From: Bacillota bacterium | GTDB taxonomy: Bacteria; Planctomycetota; UBA8108; UBA1146 | Length of the DNA: 64,000 bases | Reading direction: 5' to 3' | Assembly: GCA_003973385.1 (NCBI GenBank) | Contig: QNYK01000023.1 | Location: 2,951 to 66,950 of the forward strand | The notes under the pieces: generated by a model | What the model saw: the letters and a program-made list of their open reading frames with translations, nothing else | Database searches by the model: none | What the model was told of the DNA's origin: nothing | In this document: piece by piece, positions 19,817 to 28,414 of the stretch | Position numbering within the stretch: the first letter of the stretch is position 1 | How the letters are laid out: every line of letters begins with the position of its first letter | Made by a program: the position numbers and the translations under genes

Positions 19817-21751
19817 TCACAATTGTGATCCGCGCGGCTCAGGGTCCTTCTTCTCATCCGAATCCATCGCCTCGGTGACTCGTTCCTGGAAGGTATACCC
19901 CTTGATTCCGCCCTCGACGATGGAATACCGGGAGGCCACCCAGCCGAAGTACTTGTTGAGCAATGCCGACTCCGGAATATTTTCAGGATCGAACAGGAAC
20001 AGCAGTTCCTCGTTCGACGCGATATCCGGGATCATCAGTGGCAACATCCCAACCAGCGGTCTGAACATGTCCGCCACTTGACTGAGATTCTGCCCCATGT
20101 GGGTCATGGATATCGACCAGCCCTGGGTGGACTTGATCTTGGCCATCATCGCAGCAGTGCGCTTGTCGGAGCCGAACGCTTCTCCGTCCTCGTCATCGAG
20201 CAGACGCAGAGCCGCCTTCACATCGTCGACGGAAGTGGAAAAAATCAACCAGTCACCATCCATGGTCCAGGCAGGGATCACCGATGAACCCTGACCCGCA
20301 AACTCCGGGGGCACATCCCCGAGTGGATCAAAACTCCACACGTTCCGCCCCAGAAACTCTTGCTGCTCGATGGCTGGGCCCATCATCTCGGGGCCCGCAA
20401 GGCTCTCCATCAATTTTTCCCAGGGTCCTCGATCTCGGAGTTTGGCACAGATCACCACAGGTGGAGTGGAAGGTCCACCCATCATCGCCGCCATCGGATT
20501 GAAGGCCGATGTCGACGCATCCACAGGCGGAGTATAGGAACATATCGACCCCTCGATGGAGTCCACCAGTTCCATCACATCGACACCCGTCTGCAGTTTC
20601 ACCTCCTCGAGTCCCGCCTCCATCTCGGCCGCCATCTCTTCCGGATCTTGTTCGTTGATCACAGCCCCGATGGAAACGATGATGTCGAAGAGTTTCGAGA
20701 GTTCGAGACGCATCAGGCTGAAGGACGCTATGCCCTCGGGAACAAATCCCGGGATGCTGATATCAGAGTTTGCAGCCGGAATGATGCCCAGGATTCCCTT
20801 ACGGCCCTCGATTCCCACGATGGCATCGGCGCCGATACCATCCTCGGTGTAGTAGCCCCGACTTGCCATACCACTGATGGTCTCAAGGCCGATGGCGTCG
20901 ATGATCTTCGAAGGCTTGAACGCATCAGCAAATGTGTCGCCATCTTCTCCATCGAAACCGGGTTCAGGTGGGCCGCCACCTCCCGCAAACATGTCGAGCA
21001 TGGGGATCAGGTTCCACAGTGCATCGAGATTGAAATAGAGCCGAATCGAGCCTCTACGAAGATGCGTCTGGGCCAGTTGAAAGATGCGAGTGGAATCGAA
21101 TCGATCTCCCACCGCAGTTCCACCTTCGGCGAGATACTGCTCCAGGCTCATCTTGTTGGTTCCGATGACATGATGATCCTCGAACTGACCGACGAAGATG
21201 CCGACTCCGGGCATTTGTTCGATACCGGTGAACTCGATGTCTCCGATACTGAAGGTCCGCATCGGAGTTGGCTGCCCCCTTTCCTCCAGCACTTCTTTGA
21301 GCATCGAGAGGAAATTCTTGTGGGTGGCCCCGAACTCGGCAGGACCGTGAAAGTCAATCACCAGATCCGGCATCGGCATGCCCATGCTGGGATCCATCTG
21401 GTAGCCCAATCCGAAAACAAACTCACCGGTCATCTGGTCGGACATGCTGGAGAGATGCTCCCAGAAGGACTCCAGTTTTTGCTTCGCCTCGGGGTCGTCT
21501 TCGAGGCCTACGGCAACCAGTGCCCCGATCCCCGCCGCAAGTCGCTCGCCAATCTTCTGGATCGATGGCTCCTGCAGGAATTGGGCGATGTCGCTGTCTT
21601 TGTACTGATCACGATCGGCCTGCCAGTCGTCGACCGAGTAGACCAATACAGAGTATTTTCCCAGTTTGCCTCCACCTGCCTGTGCCTGATCGGTGAAACC
21701 GATCGATGTAGACACGGCAAAAAGCGTCAGCATCAGAATTCTGGATACCAT
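19817..21751 (-). CDS. Secreted hypothetical protein (~645 aa).
   Basis: Signal peptide MVSRILMLTLFAVSTSIGFTDQAQA. No catalytic motif recognised. Start assigned to the internal Met at 21751 to avoid overlapping the upstream protease gene. Confidence 0.5.
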   Translation of the reverse strand: MVSRILMLTLFAVSTSIGFTDQAQAGGGKLGKYSVLVYSVDDWQADRDQYKDSDIAQFLQEPSIQKIGERLAAGIGALVAVGLEDDPEAKQKLESFWEHLSSMSDQMTGEFVFGLGYQMDPSMGMPMPDLVIDFHGPAEFGATHKNFLSMLKEVLEERGQPTPMRTFSIGDIEFTGIEQMPGVGIFVGQFEDHHVIGTNKMSLEQYLAEGGTAVGDRFDSTRIFQLAQTHLRRGSIRLYFNLDALWNLIPMLDMFAGGGGPPEPGFDGEDGDTFADAFKPSKIIDAIGLETISGMASRGYYTEDGIGADAIVGIEGRKGILGIIPAANSDISIPGFVPEGIASFSLMRLELSKLFDIIVSIGAVINEQDPEEMAAEMEAGLEEVKLQTGVDVMELVDSIEGSICSYTPPVDASTSAFNPMAAMMGGPSTPPVVICAKLRDRGPWEKLMESLAGPEMMGPAIEQQEFLGRNVWSFDPLGDVPPEFAGQGSSVIPAWTMDGDWLIFSTSVDDVKAALRLLDDEDGEAFGSDKRTAAMMAKIKSTQGWSISMTHMGQNLSQVADMFRPLVGMLPLMIPDIASNEELLFLFDPENIPESALLNKYFGWVASRYSIVEGGIKGYTFQERVTEAMDSDEKKDPEPRGSQL

Positions 21752-21807
21752 GCTGGTATCTCCTTCCACGGGCAAATCACGGCCCGCAATGATCAGGGAA
21801 TTGCGGG

Positions 21808-22758
21808 TCAATCCCCGGGTTGGTTCTTTCTGGGGGGTGGAATGTATCGCACTCCCGTATTTGGTTGGCTTTCGTCAAAGAGAAAGGCCTCCCTACGATC
21901 GATGAAAAACTTCACCTGATCCAGCGGAATCGCAAAATTGAGCCCCTCGGATTGAAGAATCTTCATGTTCGTGACACCGATCACCTCGCCCGCCTCGTTG
22001 AAGAGTGCGCCTCCAGAATTTCCGGGGTTGATCGGAGTTGTGGTCTGGATGTAGACCTGACCCTCGAAAGAGCGATATGGATCAGAGATGATTCCCTCGC
22101 TCACTGTTCGCTCGAAGCCTCGCGGAGTTCCGACCGCGAACACCTTTTGACTGCGATCGAGCGATCCGGCAGCCGCAAACTTGACCGATTTCAGGGGTAG
22201 TTTGCTTGCATCCGGAATTCTCAACAGAGCCAGGTCGAGAAATGGATTGAGCGCGACGATCTCGACATTCTCGATCTGCTGCTTGCGAGCCCCACCGACC
22301 GCATCGTCCAGGTATACGGTGATTTGAATGTCCCTCTCTCCCTCGACGACATGCACATTCGTGATCACCAGTCCATCATCACTGATGATGAAACCACTAC
22401 CGAGACCGCCTCCCGCCAGCACCCGGACAACAGAGCGTCGGGCACGACTCTCCGCTTCCTGTAGAGGCAGCGGAATTCCCGGTCCGATCTGGTAAATGGT
22501 CTCCACATCCGGTCGCTCCAGTTCCTCCCCCGTGGCACTGATCTGCCGCCGGCTGATCACTGAATTGAGGGGTATCTGGATGATGGTGAGGCCGATGTCG
22601 ACGAATAGTTTTTTGTCGTCCTCCTTGATCACACTTCCGGAAACTGAATTGCCTCCGACCAGTTCGATCAACTCGCGATTTGCCGTGGGAGCGGCAGCGA
22701 TCTCGTCATTCGGGGGTGCCTGGGCTCCAGAGAGGGCAGCGACCAGGATGAATGCCAT
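21808..22758 (-). CDS. Secreted trypsin-like (S1C/HtrA-type) serine protease domain protein without PDZ.
   Basis: Signal peptide MAFILVAALSGAQA. TNVHVV (His), DLALLRI (Asp) and GNSGGALFN (Ser) form the catalytic triad context. Confidence 0.8.
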   Translation of the reverse strand: MAFILVAALSGAQAPPNDEIAAAPTANRELIELVGGNSVSGSVIKEDDKKLFVDIGLTIIQIPLNSVISRRQISATGEELERPDVETIYQIGPGIPLPLQEAESRARRSVVRVLAGGGLGSGFIISDDGLVITNVHVVEGERDIQITVYLDDAVGGARKQQIENVEIVALNPFLDLALLRIPDASKLPLKSVKFAAAGSLDRSQKVFAVGTPRGFERTVSEGIISDPYRSFEGQVYIQTTTPINPGNSGGALFNEAGEVIGVTNMKILQSEGLNFAIPLDQVKFFIDRREAFLFDESQPNTGVRYIPPPRKNQPGD

Positions 22759-22930
22759 CAATCTCACACGTACTCTCCCTACTTCAGGACCCGATTCAGA
22801 CCGGCGAGCCAGACAATCCACGATCAAACATATTGCGTGTGGGAGAGTTGTTCTGCAAGGTTCTACCATCGCTTGTACGCCACTTCCCGCGGTGGCCGGT
22901 AGTCTCAAGCAGCGAAATAGGAGGAGATTC

Positions 22931-25159
22931 ATGATCCACCCTGAACTGACACCTCTGAGAGGACTCCTGCTGATGGCGCTGTTGCTGCTGCCAGCGGCAC
23001 AGATGAGTCCCCTCGGGGCCGCAGACGGCGCCTTCGGTTTCTCTGATCTGCTCGTATTCAGGCTCTCTTCAGCAGGAGGTCCCTGGCATTCGACAGACCT
23101 CGATGCAGATGGCGATCAGGATCTGGTCGTGTGGGACTCGAACAGGGGAGAACTGATCCTGCTGCTGCGCGATCCAGAGGTGGTCGGCTTCACCCATCGA
23201 GAAGGGGGCAATACCCTCGTCGATCCTGACGGCTGGAGCCGGATTTCGATACCGGTGCGCACCGATGTCGAGGCACTCGGAAGCGGAGATCTCGATGCGG
23301 ATGGATATCCGGACCTGATCCTGTGTTGCCCGGATGCGAACCGGATCGAGATCCGCTGGGGGGCAGCAGACAGCAGCCGATTCCGTACCGAACTTCGAAT
23401 TCGGTTGCGAGAGATCGCGCGTGGCGATCAGACCCTCGATATCGACACGGGAAATCCAGAGGGACCTGTGATCCGCGTGCTCTCGAAGGAGGGGATTCAC
23501 GAGATCAGAGATGTATCTCGCGACGGTGTCCCCGATATCGAAACCCTGACCGGGACCGCTGCAAATCCGATTTCCATCCATCGCGCCGACATCGATGGAG
23601 ACGGCCACGAGGATTTATTGACCTTCAGTACTGCAGCCACCGACCGCCTGCACCCGCTTCGTCTCAGACCTGGCACTGTGCTGGGGTGGGGAGCTGAAAT
23701 CCTGCTCGAGGCAGAAGATGCCCGGTTGCTGGGGGTCGCCCCCACAGCGGAAGGCACACTGTTGATGATGTCGGACCGGTCCAGACCCGTACTTCGAGGA
23801 GTTCGCCTCGAACGAGGTCGCGGTAGACAATTACTGCCGAACCCGGATGTATATCCTCTTTCGCCGGAGGGGATCGGAGCCGGTGATTTTGCTGTCGGTG
23901 ATATCGACGGCGATGGAGATCCAGACATAGTGATCTCCGATCGCAAGAGTTCACTGCTTCGACCCTTCTGGAACGAAGGCGGGAGCCTCAGAGCGGGTGT
24001 CAAATCACCTACCCTCAAGCAACCCAGATCGATATTGATCCATCGAGGCCAGGTGATCGTCACCAGCCCCGAAGAAGGTGGTGCCGGTTCTTCGGTTCCA
24101 CAGAAATCAGGATTCTCTTTTCCGGCTCTCATCGATGGAGATGAGATCGATTCGTTGATCGGCATCGCAGGCACAGATGACGACTCTCCCCTGGTCAGTT
24201 TGCATGTCGTGAAGGATCCAGATCGATCATCCCGTTCAAAGCCCACCTACCGCCTGATCGAATGGCCCATCGTCGGGGGTCACTCCATCTTGCTGAAATC
24301 GGACCGCGAACCGTCTGCGCTGCATCTCTTCCCCGATTCAGATGGAACCAGAATTGCGGTCGTCGAGATCCCCTTCGAGACGCCCAGGTTCTTCCGAATC
24401 GGCGACAAACAGATCGATCCGATCCAGATCCCCGCCACGGTGGAATCGGGCGGAAGTGTTCAGGCGGGAGCCGATGGACAGTTGCTCATCGCCCGAGAGG
24501 GTCGCTGCAGGATCATCTCGGTCGACAAATCCGAGGCACGTGTGCTGCGCCAGATCGATGCGCCTGGTGGTTCTGCTCGAGTGGTCCAGGCGATACCTGT
24601 GCATCTCGATGATGGTGGACGTGCTCAGATGGTGCTCGTCGATGCCGGCCAGCATTTACTTCACCTCTGCGACGAGACTGGAGTCTATGCCTCGGTCGAA
24701 GGGCCTTATCAAAAGGTGAAACGGGCCCGGACCATCGATCTCGACGGTGATGGATTCGACGAGATCTTGCTGCTAGGCGAGCGATCCCTGCTGGTTATCC
24801 GGCCGACCCAGCTGGAATGGACAGCGACGGAGGTCTTCACCAGGAGACACGAGGAAGAGAATGGCAGGTCGACGGCACTCGCCCTGGGAGATCTCAATGA
24901 CGACGGCATCACCGACCTGATCGTGGTCGACGGTGTCCGCAGCGAACTGGAGATTTTCGCAGGTGGCAACAACCTCTTTTCCAGTGCACTTCGCTTCCCT
25001 GTATTCGAGAAAAAGCTGTTTCGAGGCGGAGGTCGAGCGATCGAGCCTCGTCGGGTGATGGTGCGGGACTTTGACGGGGACGGGCTGCAAGACGTAGCCA
25101 TCCTCGTGCATGATCGGTTGATCATCTATCCGCAGGACTCCACCGGTGGAGTTCGCTGA
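22931..25159 (+). CDS. Secreted FG-GAP/VCBS-repeat β-propeller protein.
   Basis: Signal peptide, then repeated DxDxDG Ca-loop motifs (DLDADGDQDLVVWD, DLDADGYPDLIL, DIDGDGHEDLL, DIDGDGDPDIVI, DLDGDGFDEILL, DLNDDGITDLIV, DFDGDGLQDVAI). AGGAGG RBS before the ATG at 22931. Confidence 0.75.
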   Translation: MIHPELTPLRGLLLMALLLLPAAQMSPLGAADGAFGFSDLLVFRLSSAGGPWHSTDLDADGDQDLVVWDSNRGELILLLRDPEVVGFTHREGGNTLVDPDGWSRISIPVRTDVEALGSGDLDADGYPDLILCCPDANRIEIRWGAADSSRFRTELRIRLREIARGDQTLDIDTGNPEGPVIRVLSKEGIHEIRDVSRDGVPDIETLTGTAANPISIHRADIDGDGHEDLLTFSTAATDRLHPLRLRPGTVLGWGAEILLEAEDARLLGVAPTAEGTLLMMSDRSRPVLRGVRLERGRGRQLLPNPDVYPLSPEGIGAGDFAVGDIDGDGDPDIVISDRKSSLLRPFWNEGGSLRAGVKSPTLKQPRSILIHRGQVIVTSPEEGGAGSSVPQKSGFSFPALIDGDEIDSLIGIAGTDDDSPLVSLHVVKDPDRSSRSKPTYRLIEWPIVGGHSILLKSDREPSALHLFPDSDGTRIAVVEIPFETPRFFRIGDKQIDPIQIPATVESGGSVQAGADGQLLIAREGRCRIISVDKSEARVLRQIDAPGGSARVVQAIPVHLDDGGRAQMVLVDAGQHLLHLCDETGVYASVEGPYQKVKRARTIDLDGDGFDEILLLGERSLLVIRPTQLEWTATEVFTRRHEEENGRSTALALGDLNDDGITDLIVVDGVRSELEIFAGGNNLFSSALRFPVFEKKLFRGGGRAIEPRRVMVRDFDGDGLQDVAILVHDRLIIYPQDSTGGVR

Positions 25160-26457
25160 TGCCAGATAGCTCAACTGACAGTTCGACCTGGTTGATCGAA
25201 GGAGAACTGCTCGAATCGACCGGCAGTTGCCACTCTCGTCTGCGCATCTGTAGCGACAGCGGAACCATTCTCGAACGGGGAGATCTCGACGGAACTCCTG
25301 ATGTGGTCTGGCCCGAGGGTGTGATCGTCTGCCCCGGGTTCATCGATATCCACGTCCATTGTCGTGATGACCCGGGAGGATCGCAGCGCCACAAGGAAGA
25401 CTACCGGAGCGCCAGCGAGGCCGCGATCCACGGTGGAGTCGTCTTACTTGGCGACATGCCAAACAACCCTGATCCCCCGATCGATGCAGACTCCTACCGG
25501 AGAAAGCGCCAACTCGCCGATGAGAAATCGCTCGTCGATGTTGTGCTCTACGGCTTGCTCGCGAGTGGGGGAAGACCGTATCGCAACGATATCCCCTGGA
25601 AGTGCTACTTCGGGCCCAGCGTGGGTGACATCGACTCCTGGGGTGACTCTGCGGTCGCCGAGGTGCTGTCTCCCTTCAGCGGCAGGGTCGTGATGTTTCA
25701 TGCCGAGGATCCCGCGATCCTGGCCACCAATACTGACCGCCCGACCCATGAGCAGCGACGTCCACCCGAAGCGGAGGTCGTGGCGATCCAAACGATCCTG
25801 ACGATTTGCAAACAACTGGACATCCACCCCCACATCGCTCATCTCTCGACTGCGGATGGACTCTCCGTGATCGAGGAAGCTCGTCGGTGTGGACAGCATG
25901 TCACCACCGAAGTCGCACCTCATCACCTCTGTTTCGACATCGAGAATCGGCACCAGTTCGAATGTGGTCAGTGGCTCCAGATGAATCCTCCGCTGCGATC
26001 GGCAACAGACCGCCTTGCACTGATGCAAGGTCTCATCTCTGGCGCGATCGACTGTATCGCCACCGATCATGCTCCCCATTCCATTGCTGAGAATGATGAG
26101 GGGATCTCCGGAGTTCCACTGCTCGATACATTCGGAGGATTTCTGTGTCATCTGGCGAGGGAAGGGGTCCCATGGCCTGTGCTCATCGACCGCGCATCCA
26201 CCACACCTGCCAGGCTATTCGGGGCATTTCACGACGGAGTACTGGGAGACCTTCAGCCTGGAACTCTGGCTTCCATCACGGTGATCGACCTGCGAGAGGA
26301 ATGGCTGGTGGAGAGAAACCAGATCCGCAGCCGCGCTGGCTGGTCTCCCTTTGAAGGCGTTCGATTTCCGGGCCGGGTCGCCGAGACGGTGATACGCGGC
26401 AAGAGGAGAGATCCAGCGACCTCGAACAGGATCGTCACAGCACAGGGAACTTCCTAG
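25159..26457 (+). CDS. pyrC: Dihydroorotase-like cyclic amidohydrolase.
   Basis: FIDIHVHCRD (HxH), HAEDP, HIAHLST and ATDHAPH metal ligands typical of type-I dihydroorotase/allantoinase. Start overlaps the stop of the FG-GAP gene. Confidence 0.75.
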   Translation: MPDSSTDSSTWLIEGELLESTGSCHSRLRICSDSGTILERGDLDGTPDVVWPEGVIVCPGFIDIHVHCRDDPGGSQRHKEDYRSASEAAIHGGVVLLGDMPNNPDPPIDADSYRRKRQLADEKSLVDVVLYGLLASGGRPYRNDIPWKCYFGPSVGDIDSWGDSAVAEVLSPFSGRVVMFHAEDPAILATNTDRPTHEQRRPPEAEVVAIQTILTICKQLDIHPHIAHLSTADGLSVIEEARRCGQHVTTEVAPHHLCFDIENRHQFECGQWLQMNPPLRSATDRLALMQGLISGAIDCIATDHAPHSIAENDEGISGVPLLDTFGGFLCHLAREGVPWPVLIDRASTTPARLFGAFHDGVLGDLQPGTLASITVIDLREEWLVERNQIRSRAGWSPFEGVRFPGRVAETVIRGKRRDPATSNRIVTAQGTS

Positions 26458-28262
26458 GGGCTGGACAGTCCATTCGCATCCAGCGCAACCGAGTTCACCG
26501 TCGTAGCCATCGATGTCAGCGAATAGGGTTTCTGGATGAAGGCATCGAATGGACCGCCATCCTGGATAAGATCCTGGCTATAGCCGCTGGAGAGCACTAG
26601 CGGAAGATGACTCCACCGCTCGCGAATGATCTTCCCCACCGCGAGCCCGTTTTTTCCGGGCATCTCCATATCCACGATCACGACATGGAATTTTCCATCA
26701 AACTCCGTGAGGCACTCTATCCCCTTCTCACCACTCTCTTCAGATACAACTTCGTACCCGATTCTCTTGAGCATCCTGACCATGATCTTGCGAACCAACG
26801 GATCGTCATCGATGACCAGAACTTTGCGACCGATTCCAGAATAGGTGGGTACAGATGTGACCACGTCCCGGACGTCGGGGTCCTCGAAACAGCGCGGCAG
26901 ATACACCTGGAAATTGGTACCTTTACCGAGCTCCGTGCTCACCTTGAGCAGGCCTTGATGCGCCCGAACAATCCCGTGCACCGCTGCAAGCCCGAGTCCC
27001 CTACCCGTGAACTTGGTCGAGAAAAAGGGTTCAAAGCAACGCTCCAGAGTCTCATCAGACATGCCTGTGCCATGATCCTGGACCTCGAATACGACGTACT
27101 CTCCTGGCTCACACATCTCCGCGGTGGAGACACTATCGATCAACTCTGGGGCCTCAAATGTTCTAGAATAAGTCATCACCTCGACCGGTTGAGGATCATC
27201 CTGCGAAGCCTCCGCAGCGTTGATGACCAGGTTCATCACGACCTGCTGTACCTGTGTCTGATTGCAGCGCAGACAAGCACCGCTCGCCTTCAGGTCATAG
27301 AGAACCGGAACCGTCTTGGGCACCGACAGCCGTACCAGGGTAGCGATTTCTTCGACCATCGAATCGAACAGCACGACAACTTCGTTGAGCCGTCCCTTGC
27401 CGGCATAGGCGAGCATCTGTGATGTCAGTTCGGAAGCTTTCTGAGCTCCCCCGTCGATCTCCAGCACCTGGTCCCGGATCTTTTCAGGAAGTGTAGTATC
27501 ATGCAGCAACAGACTTGCATTGCCTGAAATTGCCTGGAGCAGATTGTTGAAATCGTGAGCGATTCCGCCGGCGAGAACACCGAGGCTCTCGAGTTTTTGA
27601 GCCTCCTGGAATCTTGACTCCATCAAACGCTTCTCATCTTCCATCGTCTGCTGACGACTCCGGAGAACTAGCAGTGTCAACGCAGTACCAGCCAGAGTGG
27701 CTGCCCAGATCAACAGGGTGAGCCGATGATTCCTCAAGTTCCGCTCGGTGGCTCGCTGCTGGTGGTCGACAACAGTGCTTTCGATCAGGCGGGTCTTCTC
27801 TAGCACACGCTTGTAGATGGAATCGAAGGTGATGTCACTTTCTGATCCTGCGCCGCTGACAGCCCGAGCAGCCAGTCTGGCATCTGCTGCTTCCTCCAGA
27901 GAAACGATCTCCTGGGCAAGGAGCTGCACATGTTCATCGATGGGTATTCCATCGACCACCTTCGAAATCACTCCACCACCCTTCTCAGGCAGAAAATCCA
28001 GGAACTCGGCTGTTGCAAGATGGGCATCTGAAAAGCGCTCCTGGACCTCGGCAATGTCCTGGGTCGTATCGCCGGTGATCAACTCTTCTGTCCAGAGGTG
28101 TGCCTCAGCAACTCCTTCTCTGACGGTAGATAACCTTGTAATGAGTTGAGAGTAGTTTGCACCTTCGACCAGCCATAGTTGATGGAGGTAGAGCAATGGG
28201 CCCAGCGATGCGATCGCCACAACCACGACCAGAAATGAAAACAGTTGCCCAGAGCGGAACAC
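26454..28262 (-). CDS. Hybrid sensor histidine kinase with N-terminal TM/sensor region, HisKA-HATPase core and C-terminal receiver domain.
   Basis: H-box GGIAHDFNNLLQAI, G-boxes (DHGTGM, GRGLGLA), receiver VLVIDDDPLVRKIM...VIVDMEMPGKNGL. Two N-terminal TM helices. Confidence 0.85.
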   Translation of the reverse strand: MFRSGQLFSFLVVVVAIASLGPLLYLHQLWLVEGANYSQLITRLSTVREGVAEAHLWTEELITGDTTQDIAEVQERFSDAHLATAEFLDFLPEKGGGVISKVVDGIPIDEHVQLLAQEIVSLEEAADARLAARAVSGAGSESDITFDSIYKRVLEKTRLIESTVVDHQQRATERNLRNHRLTLLIWAATLAGTALTLLVLRSRQQTMEDEKRLMESRFQEAQKLESLGVLAGGIAHDFNNLLQAISGNASLLLHDTTLPEKIRDQVLEIDGGAQKASELTSQMLAYAGKGRLNEVVVLFDSMVEEIATLVRLSVPKTVPVLYDLKASGACLRCNQTQVQQVVMNLVINAAEASQDDPQPVEVMTYSRTFEAPELIDSVSTAEMCEPGEYVVFEVQDHGTGMSDETLERCFEPFFSTKFTGRGLGLAAVHGIVRAHQGLLKVSTELGKGTNFQVYLPRCFEDPDVRDVVTSVPTYSGIGRKVLVIDDDPLVRKIMVRMLKRIGYEVVSEESGEKGIECLTEFDGKFHVVIVDMEMPGKNGLAVGKIIRERWSHLPLVLSSGYSQDLIQDGGPFDAFIQKPYSLTSMATTVNSVALDANGLSSP

Positions 28263-28345
28263 TCCAGTCCCCTTTCAATGCGGTTTTCCGGATCGGCACC
28301 GGGAGACAGATGAAGAGAAACTCGTTTCAGAAGAATAGCATCGAG

Positions 28346-28387
28346 GCAAGAAAAAGCGGGATCTGGCGATACCTCGCCAGATCCCGC
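28346..28387 (-). terminator. Rho-independent terminator for the 28415-30484 gene.
   Basis: Perfect 13-bp GC-rich stem GCGGGATCTGGCG/CGCCAGATCCCGC with a 6-nt loop. On the minus strand it is followed by TTTTTCTT, 28 nt after the stop. Confidence 0.6.
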
Positions 28388-28414
28388 CTGAACCTCATTG
28401 ACCGATATGATGCC

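Noticed and set aside
20360-21919. 519-aa plus-strand ORF antisense to the secreted 19817-21751 gene.
   Set aside because: His/Arg-rich, no motifs. Antisense long ORFs are common at this GC content, and the minus-strand frame has a clean signal peptide and operon context.
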